From sequence record NC_019526.1: DNA of 64,000 nt. One strand, written 5' to 3'. Below, in pieces: positions 7,790-16,322 of the stretch. Both the position numbers and the translations under genes were made by a program. The stretch's first letter is position 1; every line of letters starts with the position of its first letter. Under the pieces are notes generated by a model. That model had not been told where the DNA came from and made no database searches. It was given only the letters and a program-made list of their open reading frames with translations.

Positions 7790-8239
7790 ATGCAAGAACC
7801 ACAAGACATAAATCAGTTACGCAATTTAATGGATTTCATAGTACAATCAGAAGAAGACGAGTCCTATGATCAATTACTGCTTACATTTATTGAAAATAGT
7901 TTATTCCTTGAATCAGCAGCACACAACTGGCATTTACAAAGCAAACACTACACAAAGCACTTGCAATTAGATGAGTTATACAAAGAACTACCGGAGTTCA
8001 TTGATGCATTTATTGAAGGAATTATGGAATCAAGAGGGCCATTAATAATTGGTACTGGAAATAGCTACCAATTCACTGAAATAAGTACTTGTATTCCTAC
8101 TTTAGAAGAGTATCTAAATCAATGCGAAGCAATTCACCAGATGCTTGAATCTAATGAGGACTATGGAAGTACTAACACACTTGAAGACATAATGAGTTTT
8201 ATTGATGGTGTTCTTTATAAATTAAAACATTTACAATAA
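7790..8239 (+). CDS. ferritin-like/Dps-family protein
   Basis: HNWHLQ...KHLQLDELY...IDAFIE resembles Dps ferroxidase helices; AGGAG RBS; TAAATA at 7744. Confidence 0.7.
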   Translation: MQEPQDINQLRNLMDFIVQSEEDESYDQLLLTFIENSLFLESAAHNWHLQSKHYTKHLQLDELYKELPEFIDAFIEGIMESRGPLIIGTGNSYQFTEISTCIPTLEEYLNQCEAIHQMLESNEDYGSTNTLEDIMSFIDGVLYKLKHLQ

Positions 8240-8244
8240 TAAAT

Positions 8245-8272
8245 GGAGAGTCAAAAGACTCTCCTTTCTTTT
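8245..8272 (+). terminator. rho-independent terminator
   Basis: GGAGAGTC-aaaa-GACTCTCC followed by TTTCTTTTT. Confidence 0.8.
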
Positions 8273-8285
8273 TGGATAAAATAAT

Positions 8286-8675
8286 ATGAAAATACGAATT
8301 CATGAACACACAACTTATAATTATTGTGAAGATTGTGGTCTAGAATCTTCATTGATATATTCTGTATCTGGTGATGGAATCTCATTTAAACAGGGAGACC
8401 ATGCATATTGTTATGGAACTGAATCTGGTGATATAGAAAATGTTCTAAAAGAGCTATTTTTACGCTTGCAATCCAAGGGAATTGATGCTAGACTGCCGGT
8501 GATGATAGATAATGACATTGATTCAGTACTGAATTATGAATCTTTTATCCACTCGGGATATGTTCATTACTTGAACACTTTGGGTGTAAATGTAAAACTA
8601 ACATATAGTACTGAAGACTATCCAGATATGGATGGCGGTGATTATATTGATATTGAGGATGATTATGAAAGCTAA
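8286..8675 (+). CDS. hypothetical protein
   Basis: 129-aa ORF with CxxC (YCEDCG). Confidence 0.75.
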   Translation: MKIRIHEHTTYNYCEDCGLESSLIYSVSGDGISFKQGDHAYCYGTESGDIENVLKELFLRLQSKGIDARLPVMIDNDIDSVLNYESFIHSGYVHYLNTLGVNVKLTYSTEDYPDMDGGDYIDIEDDYES

Positions 8676-9225
8676 AGAACTTGCAGAATTACTAATGAAA
8701 AATCCAGAACAAGAAGTATATCTGGAAGAAACACATTTTGATGATTGGGACTGTTCTGTATTTTATACACCATCTGAAGTTGTAGATGTTCAAATTACTC
8801 CAAGTGGAGTTTTTATTAAACACAATCCTATGCATAGTCAGGATACAACTTCATTAAAGATGCCAAGTACTGAACCAGTTGTTGGTTCACTTAACGTGTT
8901 GTTAAATTGCCCAATTGGTGATCTACGATATTTCAGTAATGATACATCCAATCACGTTCAATCATTTGTTGAAGAATTATTGAATTATGGTTCAATTAGT
9001 GATTATGTTTCATTTATGGATGCACACATTCGTTTTGTGTTACAACAAACTGACGTTGATTACAGTACTGAAGATGGTTATTTTATAGGTCCAGATGATT
9101 GTACTTATGAAGTACTAACAAGTTATGATCCAAACACTTGGGAACCTTTTTATACTGAAATGACCTACCAAGAAGTTTTTGATTATGCACACAAAAACTT
9201 TGAAATTAAGAAATACGAGGAATAA
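8665..9225 (+). CDS. hypothetical protein
   Basis: ATG 8665 after GAGG; acidic. Confidence 0.75.
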   Translation: MKAKELAELLMKNPEQEVYLEETHFDDWDCSVFYTPSEVVDVQITPSGVFIKHNPMHSQDTTSLKMPSTEPVVGSLNVLLNCPIGDLRYFSNDTSNHVQSFVEELLNYGSISDYVSFMDAHIRFVLQQTDVDYSTEDGYFIGPDDCTYEVLTSYDPNTWEPFYTEMTYQEVFDYAHKNFEIKKYEE

Positions 9226-9226
9226 A

Positions 9227-9718
9227 ATGTATACTGTCATTTTTGTATCACAGCCGTATAATAATGAAGATGATTATTCAAAAAGTACAGATGGTTCTAT
9301 GACAATCAAGAATTCAAATTCTAAATTGGAAACAAATAAGATTATCCATGAATTGATTAATGATTATTATCATAAAGATAATAAAAACACAGCATTAAAT
9401 CATTTAGATTATGGTGATTTCGGCCTGGTCGTATTACTTGATGGTTGTGTACTACAAGAATTTAACATGAATGATATTGATTACAGTGATTTAACATCAC
9501 CAATTGAAAGTACTGATTATTTTGACATTAAATCAATTGATAATAAAGTTTCCAAGAACATTAGTAATATTAACAAATTTGCTCATGATTTTAAACTTGA
9601 AGAATCTAATACTTTCAGAAAGTTGAAAACTATGTATCAGGCGATTGAAATGGAGAAAAATGAACGTAGACAACTTAGTATTTTATTAGAAAAATATCCA
9701 GATATGGGTGGTCGATAA
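9227..9718 (+). CDS. hypothetical protein
   Basis: ATG 9227 after GAGG. Confidence 0.75.
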   Translation: MYTVIFVSQPYNNEDDYSKSTDGSMTIKNSNSKLETNKIIHELINDYYHKDNKNTALNHLDYGDFGLVVLLDGCVLQEFNMNDIDYSDLTSPIESTDYFDIKSIDNKVSKNISNINKFAHDFKLEESNTFRKLKTMYQAIEMEKNERRQLSILLEKYPDMGGR

Positions 9719-10044
9719 TGGCATTGCGTTCAATAAAGAAATATAGTGCAACCACAAAAATAATCAAAAAAGATGGTTATGATTTAGTAATGAAACCTGA
9801 ATATCAATATATTAAAAATGCTATCTTTGAAATGCCATATGGTGCTAAAAGAAGAAAAATTATTCTTGATATGTTAAGAGAAGGTGTTGAATTTAAAGTT
9901 AATGGTATGCATGATATCCAAACCAAAAATGATCCAGATATTAAACGATTGTTGAAGTGCAAGAAAATAGAGATGTTTAATGTGAGAAGTGGTTCATGGT
10001 CAGATCGTAGTAAACATACATACTTGAGGATTAAAAATGGATGA
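9718..10044 (+). CDS. hypothetical basic protein
   Basis: 108-aa Lys-rich ORF, coupled start. Confidence 0.75.
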   Translation: MALRSIKKYSATTKIIKKDGYDLVMKPEYQYIKNAIFEMPYGAKRRKIILDMLREGVEFKVNGMHDIQTKNDPDIKRLLKCKKIEMFNVRSGSWSDRSKHTYLRIKNG

Positions 10045-10207
10045 AAATGATTTAGAAATTTTATTAGCAAATAATCTAAGTATTGAGATCAGTACTGAAG
10101 ATGATTCATATGAGGATATGGATGGTAATATTGTTCGTAGAAATCATATTACTGTTAGCATTTTATACAAAGGAAAGGTAATAAGCACAGATATTAGTAC
10201 TGTATAA
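10037..10207 (+). CDS. small hypothetical protein (56 aa, not in ORF track)
   Basis: GAGG RBS; MDENDLEILL...TDISTV; fills the gap before thymidine kinase. Confidence 0.7.
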   Translation: MDENDLEILLANNLSIEISTEDDSYEDMDGNIVRRNHITVSILYKGKVISTDISTV

Positions 10208-10218
10208 GGAAATACAAA

Positions 10219-10794
10219 ATGAGTTTGATTTATACTTTCGCGGTGATGGCCGCAGGGAAAAGTACACAATTATTACAAAATGCATATAATCATAGTAAAA
10301 ATGGATTAAAAGTACTGTACTATACAAGTTCATTAGATAATAGATATGGTGTAGGCAAAATAACATCAAGAATTGGTATTAATGCAAATGCTGAGGTGAT
10401 TCCCAAAGATGATCTTTCAGTACTACAAAATATCATTGAATTACTGAAGAAAGACGATTACGTTGCTATTTTTGTTGATGAGTGTCAATTTTTGAATTCA
10501 AAACAGGTTGACTTTTTGAGTGATATCGTTGATAATTACGAAATAGACATTTATTGCTACGGGATTAAAACTGACTTTGAAGGTAAGTTGTTTGAAGGTA
10601 GCAAACGATTAATAGAAATTGCCGATTCAGTTAAAGAACTGGAAAATTTATGTGAAAATCATAAATGTAAAAACTTAGCTATTATGAATGCTCGTATAGT
10701 CGATAGTACTGAACAAGTACTGATCGGCGGTTCTGAAGCATACAAAAGCTTATGTAGAAAGTGTTATAAAAATCATATTTCTAAAAGAGGTTAA
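10219..10794 (+). CDS. tdk: thymidine kinase
   Basis: AVMAAGKST P-loop, VDECQF, YGIKTDF, C-terminal Zn-binding cysteines. Confidence 0.95.
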   Translation: MSLIYTFAVMAAGKSTQLLQNAYNHSKNGLKVLYYTSSLDNRYGVGKITSRIGINANAEVIPKDDLSVLQNIIELLKKDDYVAIFVDECQFLNSKQVDFLSDIVDNYEIDIYCYGIKTDFEGKLFEGSKRLIEIADSVKELENLCENHKCKNLAIMNARIVDSTEQVLIGGSEAYKSLCRKCYKNHISKRG

Positions 10795-10798
10795 TGCA

Positions 10799-11026
10799 AT
10801 GAAAATCATTAAAAATATTTTCACTCGCGTTGGGGAAGGTATTGTTGAATCTTTTTCTTTTATGTTTGGTACAGCCTGTAATTTAATTGCAGTACTGTGG
10901 TTTTCTTTGGCTTTACATTTTGTTCCAGTGTGGTTTATTGCTACAGTTATAATTGTGATTCTGTTAGTGGTAATTTATTTTACATATAAAGATGAACTCG
11001 ATTCAATTAAAGAATCCGATGATTAA
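10799..11026 (+). CDS. small membrane protein
   Basis: two hydrophobic segments in 75 aa. Confidence 0.7.
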   Translation: MKIIKNIFTRVGEGIVESFSFMFGTACNLIAVLWFSLALHFVPVWFIATVIIVILLVVIYFTYKDELDSIKESDD

Positions 11027-11031
11027 TAACA

Positions 11032-11060
11032 AAAACTTCTCCTTTTGGGGAAGTTTTATT
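11032..11060 (+). terminator. rho-independent terminator
   Basis: AAAACTTCTCC-tttt-GGGGAAGTTTT then T tract. Confidence 0.65.
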
Positions 11061-11074
11061 TTTAAGGTACTAAT

Positions 11075-11539
11075 ATGTTAATTGCTTATTTTGTATTAAT
11101 GCTCTTTACTTTAGTTATTGTAGTACTGGATGGCTCTTATATTGGTTTATTCGGTAAAACTATCCAGAACTATCGTATCGCAGGAGCAGTAAATGATTCA
11201 GAATCAAGACGTGTATCATATCTATGTGCGAGAGCATTAAATCATGAAATTGATGTTAAAATAATCGAAGAGAAACATGAATCTTATCTGGTATTCAAAG
11301 ATGAATTAGTATGTCTTGATATTACAGACCGATTGAGATGGACGTTCGGTAATAGAATGAAGATGAACAGTGTAACACAGGAAACTTTTATTAAAAAATG
11401 TGATAACGGAAGTAATAATTTGTCTATTAGTACCAAAAAAGATATTGAAGAAGTTATTCAGTACTGTAAAAATAATAACCTAATTGATTCTTATAAGAGT
11501 TACGTGTCAATTAGTGATGACCATTGGTGGTTTGAATGA
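11075..11539 (+). CDS. hypothetical protein with N-terminal TM
   Basis: hydrophobic N-terminus, AAGG RBS. Confidence 0.75.
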   Translation: MLIAYFVLMLFTLVIVVLDGSYIGLFGKTIQNYRIAGAVNDSESRRVSYLCARALNHEIDVKIIEEKHESYLVFKDELVCLDITDRLRWTFGNRMKMNSVTQETFIKKCDNGSNNLSISTKKDIEEVIQYCKNNNLIDSYKSYVSISDDHWWFE

Positions 11540-11952
11540 GAGTACGTAAACACAAATTAAAACACTATAACAAAATTATCAAAAAATATTATTTAATTGA
11601 TGATGATTTTATACGTAAAATGTATCGTTCACTACATACCAGAGTATACCCCGACTGTGTATTGAATGATAATAAAAAATACTACAATCCTGGTAAATCC
11701 AAGTACAAGAAAAAAGTAAAAAAAGAAAAATTTAAAACTAAGAATTCTTTTGAAAAATTCATTCCAATGAGTAAAATATATGCATGGATACCAATCACTT
11801 ATTACAATCCAGTCAAAAGAAGTAGAATAAAAGATATATCCAATGGATATATAATGTGTCACATCATTGAATTGAATGAAATTCTTGGTACTGAATACGA
11901 TGAAATGAATTTCCAAAATATGAATTTAATTTCATATTTTTCAGAGTGGTGA
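11536..11952 (+). CDS. hypothetical basic protein
   Basis: ATGA overlap, Lys-rich. Confidence 0.7.
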   Translation: MRVRKHKLKHYNKIIKKYYLIDDDFIRKMYRSLHTRVYPDCVLNDNKKYYNPGKSKYKKKVKKEKFKTKNSFEKFIPMSKIYAWIPITYYNPVKRSRIKDISNGYIMCHIIELNEILGTEYDEMNFQNMNLISYFSEW

Positions 11953-11991
11953 TTTAATTTTTTTTGGATATTTTTTATTAGGTGTGATATA

Positions 11992-12333
11992 ATGTATACA
12001 AATAAAGCACAAGTTGACACAATGTACTGGAATATTCATATTGCTGGGGATTTAGCAGCAGCGGAACGTTTTTGTACTGAATATGCATTTCAAAAAGGTT
12101 GGTGTACTCAGATTTATCCATGCAAGTACATTTATACTGGTGGTCAAGAATCTGGTATTGTGGCTCGTATTATTTCTTATCCTCGTTTTGTGAAGAGTTT
12201 TGACATTCAGAATGATGAAGTGGTTGAATTTGCCAAAGAAATGGCTAAGTATCTTTGTCAGAAAAGTTTTACAATTGAAAACAAAAATAGTACTACATAT
12301 TACGAAAGTGATAATCCTTTGCATGGAAAATAA
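11992..12333 (+). CDS. hypothetical protein
   Basis: 113-aa ORF; the start may be ATG 12022 because a TG-n-TATAAT element (11985-11993) overlaps ATG 11992. Confidence 0.75.
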   Translation: MYTNKAQVDTMYWNIHIAGDLAAAERFCTEYAFQKGWCTQIYPCKYIYTGGQESGIVARIISYPRFVKSFDIQNDEVVEFAKEMAKYLCQKSFTIENKNSTTYYESDNPLHGK

Positions 12334-12813
12334 ATGAAAGCTAATATAACTTATACATATAAATTTGATCCATCGGAATCTGAGTTTTGGTCACATGAAA
12401 CTGAACAAGATATGCTTAATGTATTAACAAGTAATATCAAAAATGGATTTTATAGAGTACTTTTTGAACATGAATTCAAAAACAAAGTTTCTGATTTTAG
12501 TTATTATATAAAACACGATAAAAATACTTTTGAAATTATTATAGAAAGTGAATATCCAATTCACCGTTGTGAAGAATTCCTTGAAGATTTTTGTGCTGCT
12601 TGTTTTGAAGATCTTATGTCACAATTTTCTGTGTATTATTCAAAACATAATGTTGAGATTAAAAATTGGATAGAAGTGCAAACAAAACCTGGAATTTGCT
12701 CACATTCGTATCAACACTTGCAATTTATGGCAGTTGGTGATAAAATACAAGAATTGAAGAAATGTGAAAAGTGTGAAGAAGTCTTTGCATTTGACGTTAA
12801 AAAAGGAAAATAG
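12334..12813 (+). CDS. hypothetical protein, C-terminal Cys motif
   Basis: 159 aa; CSH...CEKC suggests a Zn site. Confidence 0.75.
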   Translation: MKANITYTYKFDPSESEFWSHETEQDMLNVLTSNIKNGFYRVLFEHEFKNKVSDFSYYIKHDKNTFEIIIESEYPIHRCEEFLEDFCAACFEDLMSQFSVYYSKHNVEIKNWIEVQTKPGICSHSYQHLQFMAVGDKIQELKKCEKCEEVFAFDVKKGK

Positions 12814-12948
12814 ATGAAAGGATTGCGAAATTTTACATATGCTACGTACATTGCAATACGTACAAGTTACGAAATGAACCCAGTACTGACTACTGCTCTT
12901 GGAACAGTTACGGTACTTTTTGTTTTGAGTATATTTGGAGTTATTTAA
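12814..12948 (+). CDS. small membrane protein (44 aa, not in ORF track)
   Basis: AAGGA RBS; MKGLRNFTY...VLTTALGTVTVLFVLSIFGVI. Confidence 0.6.
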   Translation: MKGLRNFTYATYIAIRTSYEMNPVLTTALGTVTVLFVLSIFGVI

Positions 12949-12950
12949 TA

Positions 12951-13157
12951 ATGTCTGTGAAAATCAATGCTGATATTTACTGTAGTGGTGCACCGAACTA
13001 TTTTATTTTTGCAGTAAGTACATCTTATGATAGTAAAGGTGATTCTTATACTTTGATTAATAATACACATTGGGTACGTACAAGTAACCCCATTGATATT
13101 TCTGAATTATCAAACTATTATAGCATTGGAAAAGACAGTATTTTTGTAAACAATTGA
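12951..13157 (+). CDS. hypothetical protein
   Basis: 68-aa ORF, GGAG upstream. Confidence 0.65.
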   Translation: MSVKINADIYCSGAPNYFIFAVSTSYDSKGDSYTLINNTHWVRTSNPIDISELSNYYSIGKDSIFVNN

Positions 13158-13167
13158 GGAATTGTAT

Positions 13168-13575
13168 ATGATTTCATTGGAAGGTACATTACAATACGAT
13201 CCACCAAGGACTATCAAAAACAATAGACCTTATTGGTTAGTACTAAACCTACCAGATGAAATTGTTAAGTACTACCAATGGTTTGTTCGTAAAGAATTAT
13301 TCATTGATATTAAAGATCCTCTACACAGTGCTCATGTGAGTATAGTTCGTGGTGAAGTTCCTCCTAATATTGATATGTGGAAAAAATATGATGGTATGAA
13401 ATTACAATTCCAATACTATCCATATATTACAATGAAAAAAGATAATAAAAATCCAGGAAACTTTTTCTTTATTGAATTTGATTCTGATGAAATAATGAGC
13501 ATTCGAGACGAACTGGGATTATATTCCAAATATTCCGAGTGGCATTTTACGATTGGTAGAACTCACTACGACTAA
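13168..13575 (+). CDS. 2H phosphoesterase family protein
   Basis: two H-x-S/T motifs: AHVSIV and WHFTIG; ATG 13168 after GAGGA. Confidence 0.7.
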   Translation: MISLEGTLQYDPPRTIKNNRPYWLVLNLPDEIVKYYQWFVRKELFIDIKDPLHSAHVSIVRGEVPPNIDMWKKYDGMKLQFQYYPYITMKKDNKNPGNFFFIEFDSDEIMSIRDELGLYSKYSEWHFTIGRTHYD

Positions 13576-13582
13576 ATATAAT

Positions 13583-13611
13583 TTGACATTAAATGAAATC
13601 AGTATTAAAAT
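13583..13611 (+). promoter_or_regulatory. sigma70-type promoter with inverted repeat over the -10
   Basis: TTGACA-17-TAAAAT; TCAGTATT-aa-AATACTGA at 13599-13616. Confidence 0.55.
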
Positions 13612-13631
13612 ACTGAGATTGTTAAGTCCAT

Positions 13632-13677
13632 AGTGGCTTGATGCGGAAAAGCCACTTTCTGTATCAAGCCTTTTATT
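13632..13677 (+). promoter_or_regulatory. leader with alternative terminator/antiterminator stems
   Basis: 15-bp stem 13635-13670 plus TTTT, versus mutually exclusive 8-bp stem 13632-13656. Confidence 0.55.
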
Positions 13678-13702
13678 AAACAAAAAAGGAGAAATACAGA
13701 AC

Positions 13703-14605
13703 ATGGCGAAACATAACAGAAAAACCATCAAAAAGCTTATTCTTTTAAGTGGTTTAACTGTTCTTGCTGCCGCTACATTTGAATTTAACGCTTTTTCTAA
13801 TAACGATCACTTATCATCGCAAAAGGTAAGTATACAGGAACCGCATATTCAGCAAATTCAAAAGCAAGTACTTAATATTACAGTACTCAACAGCGAGAAT
13901 GAAAAATACACGGTACAGGCTGGTGATACATATAAAAGTATTTCCGTTAAATATAAGCCAAAAAACGTGAAACTATCCGAGTATATCACATTAATAAAAA
14001 ATATTAATTTGAATGCTCCTATTAGAACTTCTCAAGTTATCCTCTTACCTAATAAAGAGGATTTGCAGAGCATTATGACTGATGAGGTTATAAAATTCGA
14101 TTATACAAACCCAAATTTTATTTCTCACTTAAAAGAACAAGAGGGATCAAAAAAATATCAAAGTACTACTAAACGTAGATTGTTAAATGGTACTTATGGT
14201 TATTCTTACAAAAACTCTAAGTTCTATCCATACAGAGATAGCTATGGTAATTACACCATAGGCTTCGGTCATTATATTTCTCGTAATGAATCAGTTGCAA
14301 TGAAGTACAAAAATGGCATCAGTACTAAGGAAGCACATGATTTATTACTTGAAGATCTTAAAGTTACTGATTTACAATTAACCAAGTTATTACAAGAAAA
14401 GAATGTTAAAAATTTGAGTCCATACCAAGAGAGGGTATTATTTGAAATGACATTTATGTTAGGTTCAGATAAATTGTCAAAATTCCATACAATGTGGAGT
14501 GGTATTAAAACTGGAAATCATAAAAAGGTTAAACAGGCTATTGTCAATTCATTGTGGTATCGTCAGGTACCAAATCGTGCTGAATTGCTCGTAAACAATC
14601 TTTAA
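13703..14605 (+). CDS. LysM-containing T4-type lysozyme (GH24) with N-terminal signal/TM
   Basis: LysM YTVQAGDTYKSIS; EG...YRDSYGNYTIGFGH; SLWYRQVPNRA matches the T4 lysozyme C-terminus. Confidence 0.85.
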   Translation: MAKHNRKTIKKLILLSGLTVLAAATFEFNAFSNNDHLSSQKVSIQEPHIQQIQKQVLNITVLNSENEKYTVQAGDTYKSISVKYKPKNVKLSEYITLIKNINLNAPIRTSQVILLPNKEDLQSIMTDEVIKFDYTNPNFISHLKEQEGSKKYQSTTKRRLLNGTYGYSYKNSKFYPYRDSYGNYTIGFGHYISRNESVAMKYKNGISTKEAHDLLLEDLKVTDLQLTKLLQEKNVKNLSPYQERVLFEMTFMLGSDKLSKFHTMWSGIKTGNHKKVKQAIVNSLWYRQVPNRAELLVNNL

Positions 14606-14620
14606 AACATTTTTTTGGCA

Positions 14621-14650
14621 TTGACAACATTACAGATTGTGTGTTATAAT
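14621..14650 (+). promoter_or_regulatory. sigma70-type promoter
   Basis: TTGACA-18-TATAAT with extended -10 TG. Confidence 0.75.
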
Positions 14651-14676
14651 AAAGGGACTTTAAGAGTCCCTTTTTC
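14651..14676 (+). terminator. rho-independent terminator
   Basis: AAAGGGACT-ttaag-AGTCCCTTTTT. Confidence 0.75.
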
Positions 14677-14690
14677 TATTTGGAAAATGT

Positions 14691-15143
14691 ATGCAAGAAA
14701 CAATCAAATCTATTTCATTGAAAAATGAATTACAATCTGTACTTGATATTAAAGATATTCATTACTATAGAAAAAGAGATAAAAATAATAAATTTAGTGC
14801 AGGATGGTTTAAAATAACAAAAAATACAAGTATTTGTCAGGCACGTTGTGGTGTGAATTATGCTTCGTATCTTTGTATTGAAGTACGTTATCCAAACAGA
14901 GATGAATTAAAATTTAAGTTATACAATGATGCAATTGTATTGGAAGTGAGAAACGGGTTTATTAATATTTTTACGTTTAAACATGTACAACATTGTAGAT
15001 TTACACCTGATTTATCTTATGATATGTACCATCAATATATGTTCATTGAAGACCATTGGAATTTATCATATGATGAGTATTCAGTACTGAACAAGATTTA
15101 TAATAAATGTAAAGATCATTTATTGAAAGAAGAAAAAAGATGA
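14691..15143 (+). CDS. hypothetical protein
   Basis: 150-aa ORF after promoter. Confidence 0.75.
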   Translation: MQETIKSISLKNELQSVLDIKDIHYYRKRDKNNKFSAGWFKITKNTSICQARCGVNYASYLCIEVRYPNRDELKFKLYNDAIVLEVRNGFINIFTFKHVQHCRFTPDLSYDMYHQYMFIEDHWNLSYDEYSVLNKIYNKCKDHLLKEEKR

Positions 15144-15154
15144 AGGATTAAAAT

Positions 15155-16261
15155 ATGAAAAAATATCTAGTAGGTGGTTATTGTCGTGACCGTCTTATGG
15201 GGTTAAAACCAAAAGACAAAGATTATGTTATTGTTGGTGCTAATGAATCAGATATAAAATATCTGGAAAGTGCTGGGTATAAACAAGTTGGTGTTGATTT
15301 CCCTGTGTATCTTAGTCCAAAAGGTAATGAATTTGCATTAGCTCGTGTAGAAAGAAAAACAGGGAATGGTTATGGTGGTTTTACCGTTGAAACAAAAGGT
15401 GTCACTCTTGAAGAAGACTTATCTCGTCGAGATTTGACAATTAATAGTATTGCATATGAACCACTAATGGGAATCCACATTGACCCATTTAAAGGAAGAG
15501 ATGATATTAAAAATAAAATCTTGCGTCATACAAGTTCAGCTTTTAGTGAAGATCCACTCCGTGTTCTAAGGCTTGCTCGTTTTGCTACACGTTTTCAGGA
15601 TTTTACTATTCATTCTGATACTGAACAAATGGTAATTGATATGGTACAAAGTGGTGAAACTGATTACTTGGTACCTGACCGAGTTTATGTTGAATTTAAA
15701 AAAGCATTTTCAGAAGAAAAACCAGGTCGATTTATTAAAGTATTAAATGATATTGGATATATTCCCAAAGTACTACCTAAGTTTAAATGTACTAAAAAGA
15801 ACATCGAATTGATTGATTATATTTCGATGAATTGTACTGAACAATGGAAAGATTATTTCATTTGGAGTGTATTACTACAGGATGAAATTACTAATATTGA
15901 ATCTAAAATCCGTGTACCACAAAAATACATTAAATTTAGTTCTTTTGTAGACCGTATGAAGGAAAATATTAAAACGTTTCGTAAAAAATCAGTAGAGGAA
16001 ATGTGTGATATTCTCTTTGATATGAATATCAAAAATAACGGTGGTGAAGAGTTTTTATATAAAGTACTGGAGTATTTTATTCTACGAAAAGAAATTGATG
16101 TAGACTTAGAAGACTTGATTATTAAAGTATATGACAGATATGATAGTACTGTCATTCCTGATATTCAGGAAATGGTAAAAACTGGGGAACTTGATCCAAA
16201 AGACATTCGTGATTTTGTTCAAAATACACGCTATCATGAAATTAAAAAAATGTTTATCTGA
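15155..16261 (+). CDS. cca: tRNA nucleotidyltransferase (CCA-adding enzyme, class II)
   Basis: YLVGGYCRDRL...DKDYV, EFALAR, EDLSRRDLTINS, EDPLRVLRLARF. Confidence 0.93.
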   Translation: MKKYLVGGYCRDRLMGLKPKDKDYVIVGANESDIKYLESAGYKQVGVDFPVYLSPKGNEFALARVERKTGNGYGGFTVETKGVTLEEDLSRRDLTINSIAYEPLMGIHIDPFKGRDDIKNKILRHTSSAFSEDPLRVLRLARFATRFQDFTIHSDTEQMVIDMVQSGETDYLVPDRVYVEFKKAFSEEKPGRFIKVLNDIGYIPKVLPKFKCTKKNIELIDYISMNCTEQWKDYFIWSVLLQDEITNIESKIRVPQKYIKFSSFVDRMKENIKTFRKKSVEEMCDILFDMNIKNNGGEEFLYKVLEYFILRKEIDVDLEDLIIKVYDRYDSTVIPDIQEMVKTGELDPKDIRDFVQNTRYHEIKKMFI

Positions 16262-16322
16262 ACGTAAGACCAAAAAAAACGATATAATAAATACCACAAC
16301 AGCAAGCAAAAAGGAACGTCTT

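Noticed and set aside
7165-13620. Shared TACTGAGATTG and TCAGTATTAA words between the candidate RNA and the lysozyme promoter
   Set aside because: 10-11-mers related to the over-represented AGTACTGA context; a chance match is plausible in AT-rich DNA.
14651-14676. Terminator immediately after a promoter as an attenuator
   Set aside because: The transcription start would fall inside the 5' arm, so the new transcript lacks the full stem; it simply ends the upstream lysozyme mRNA.
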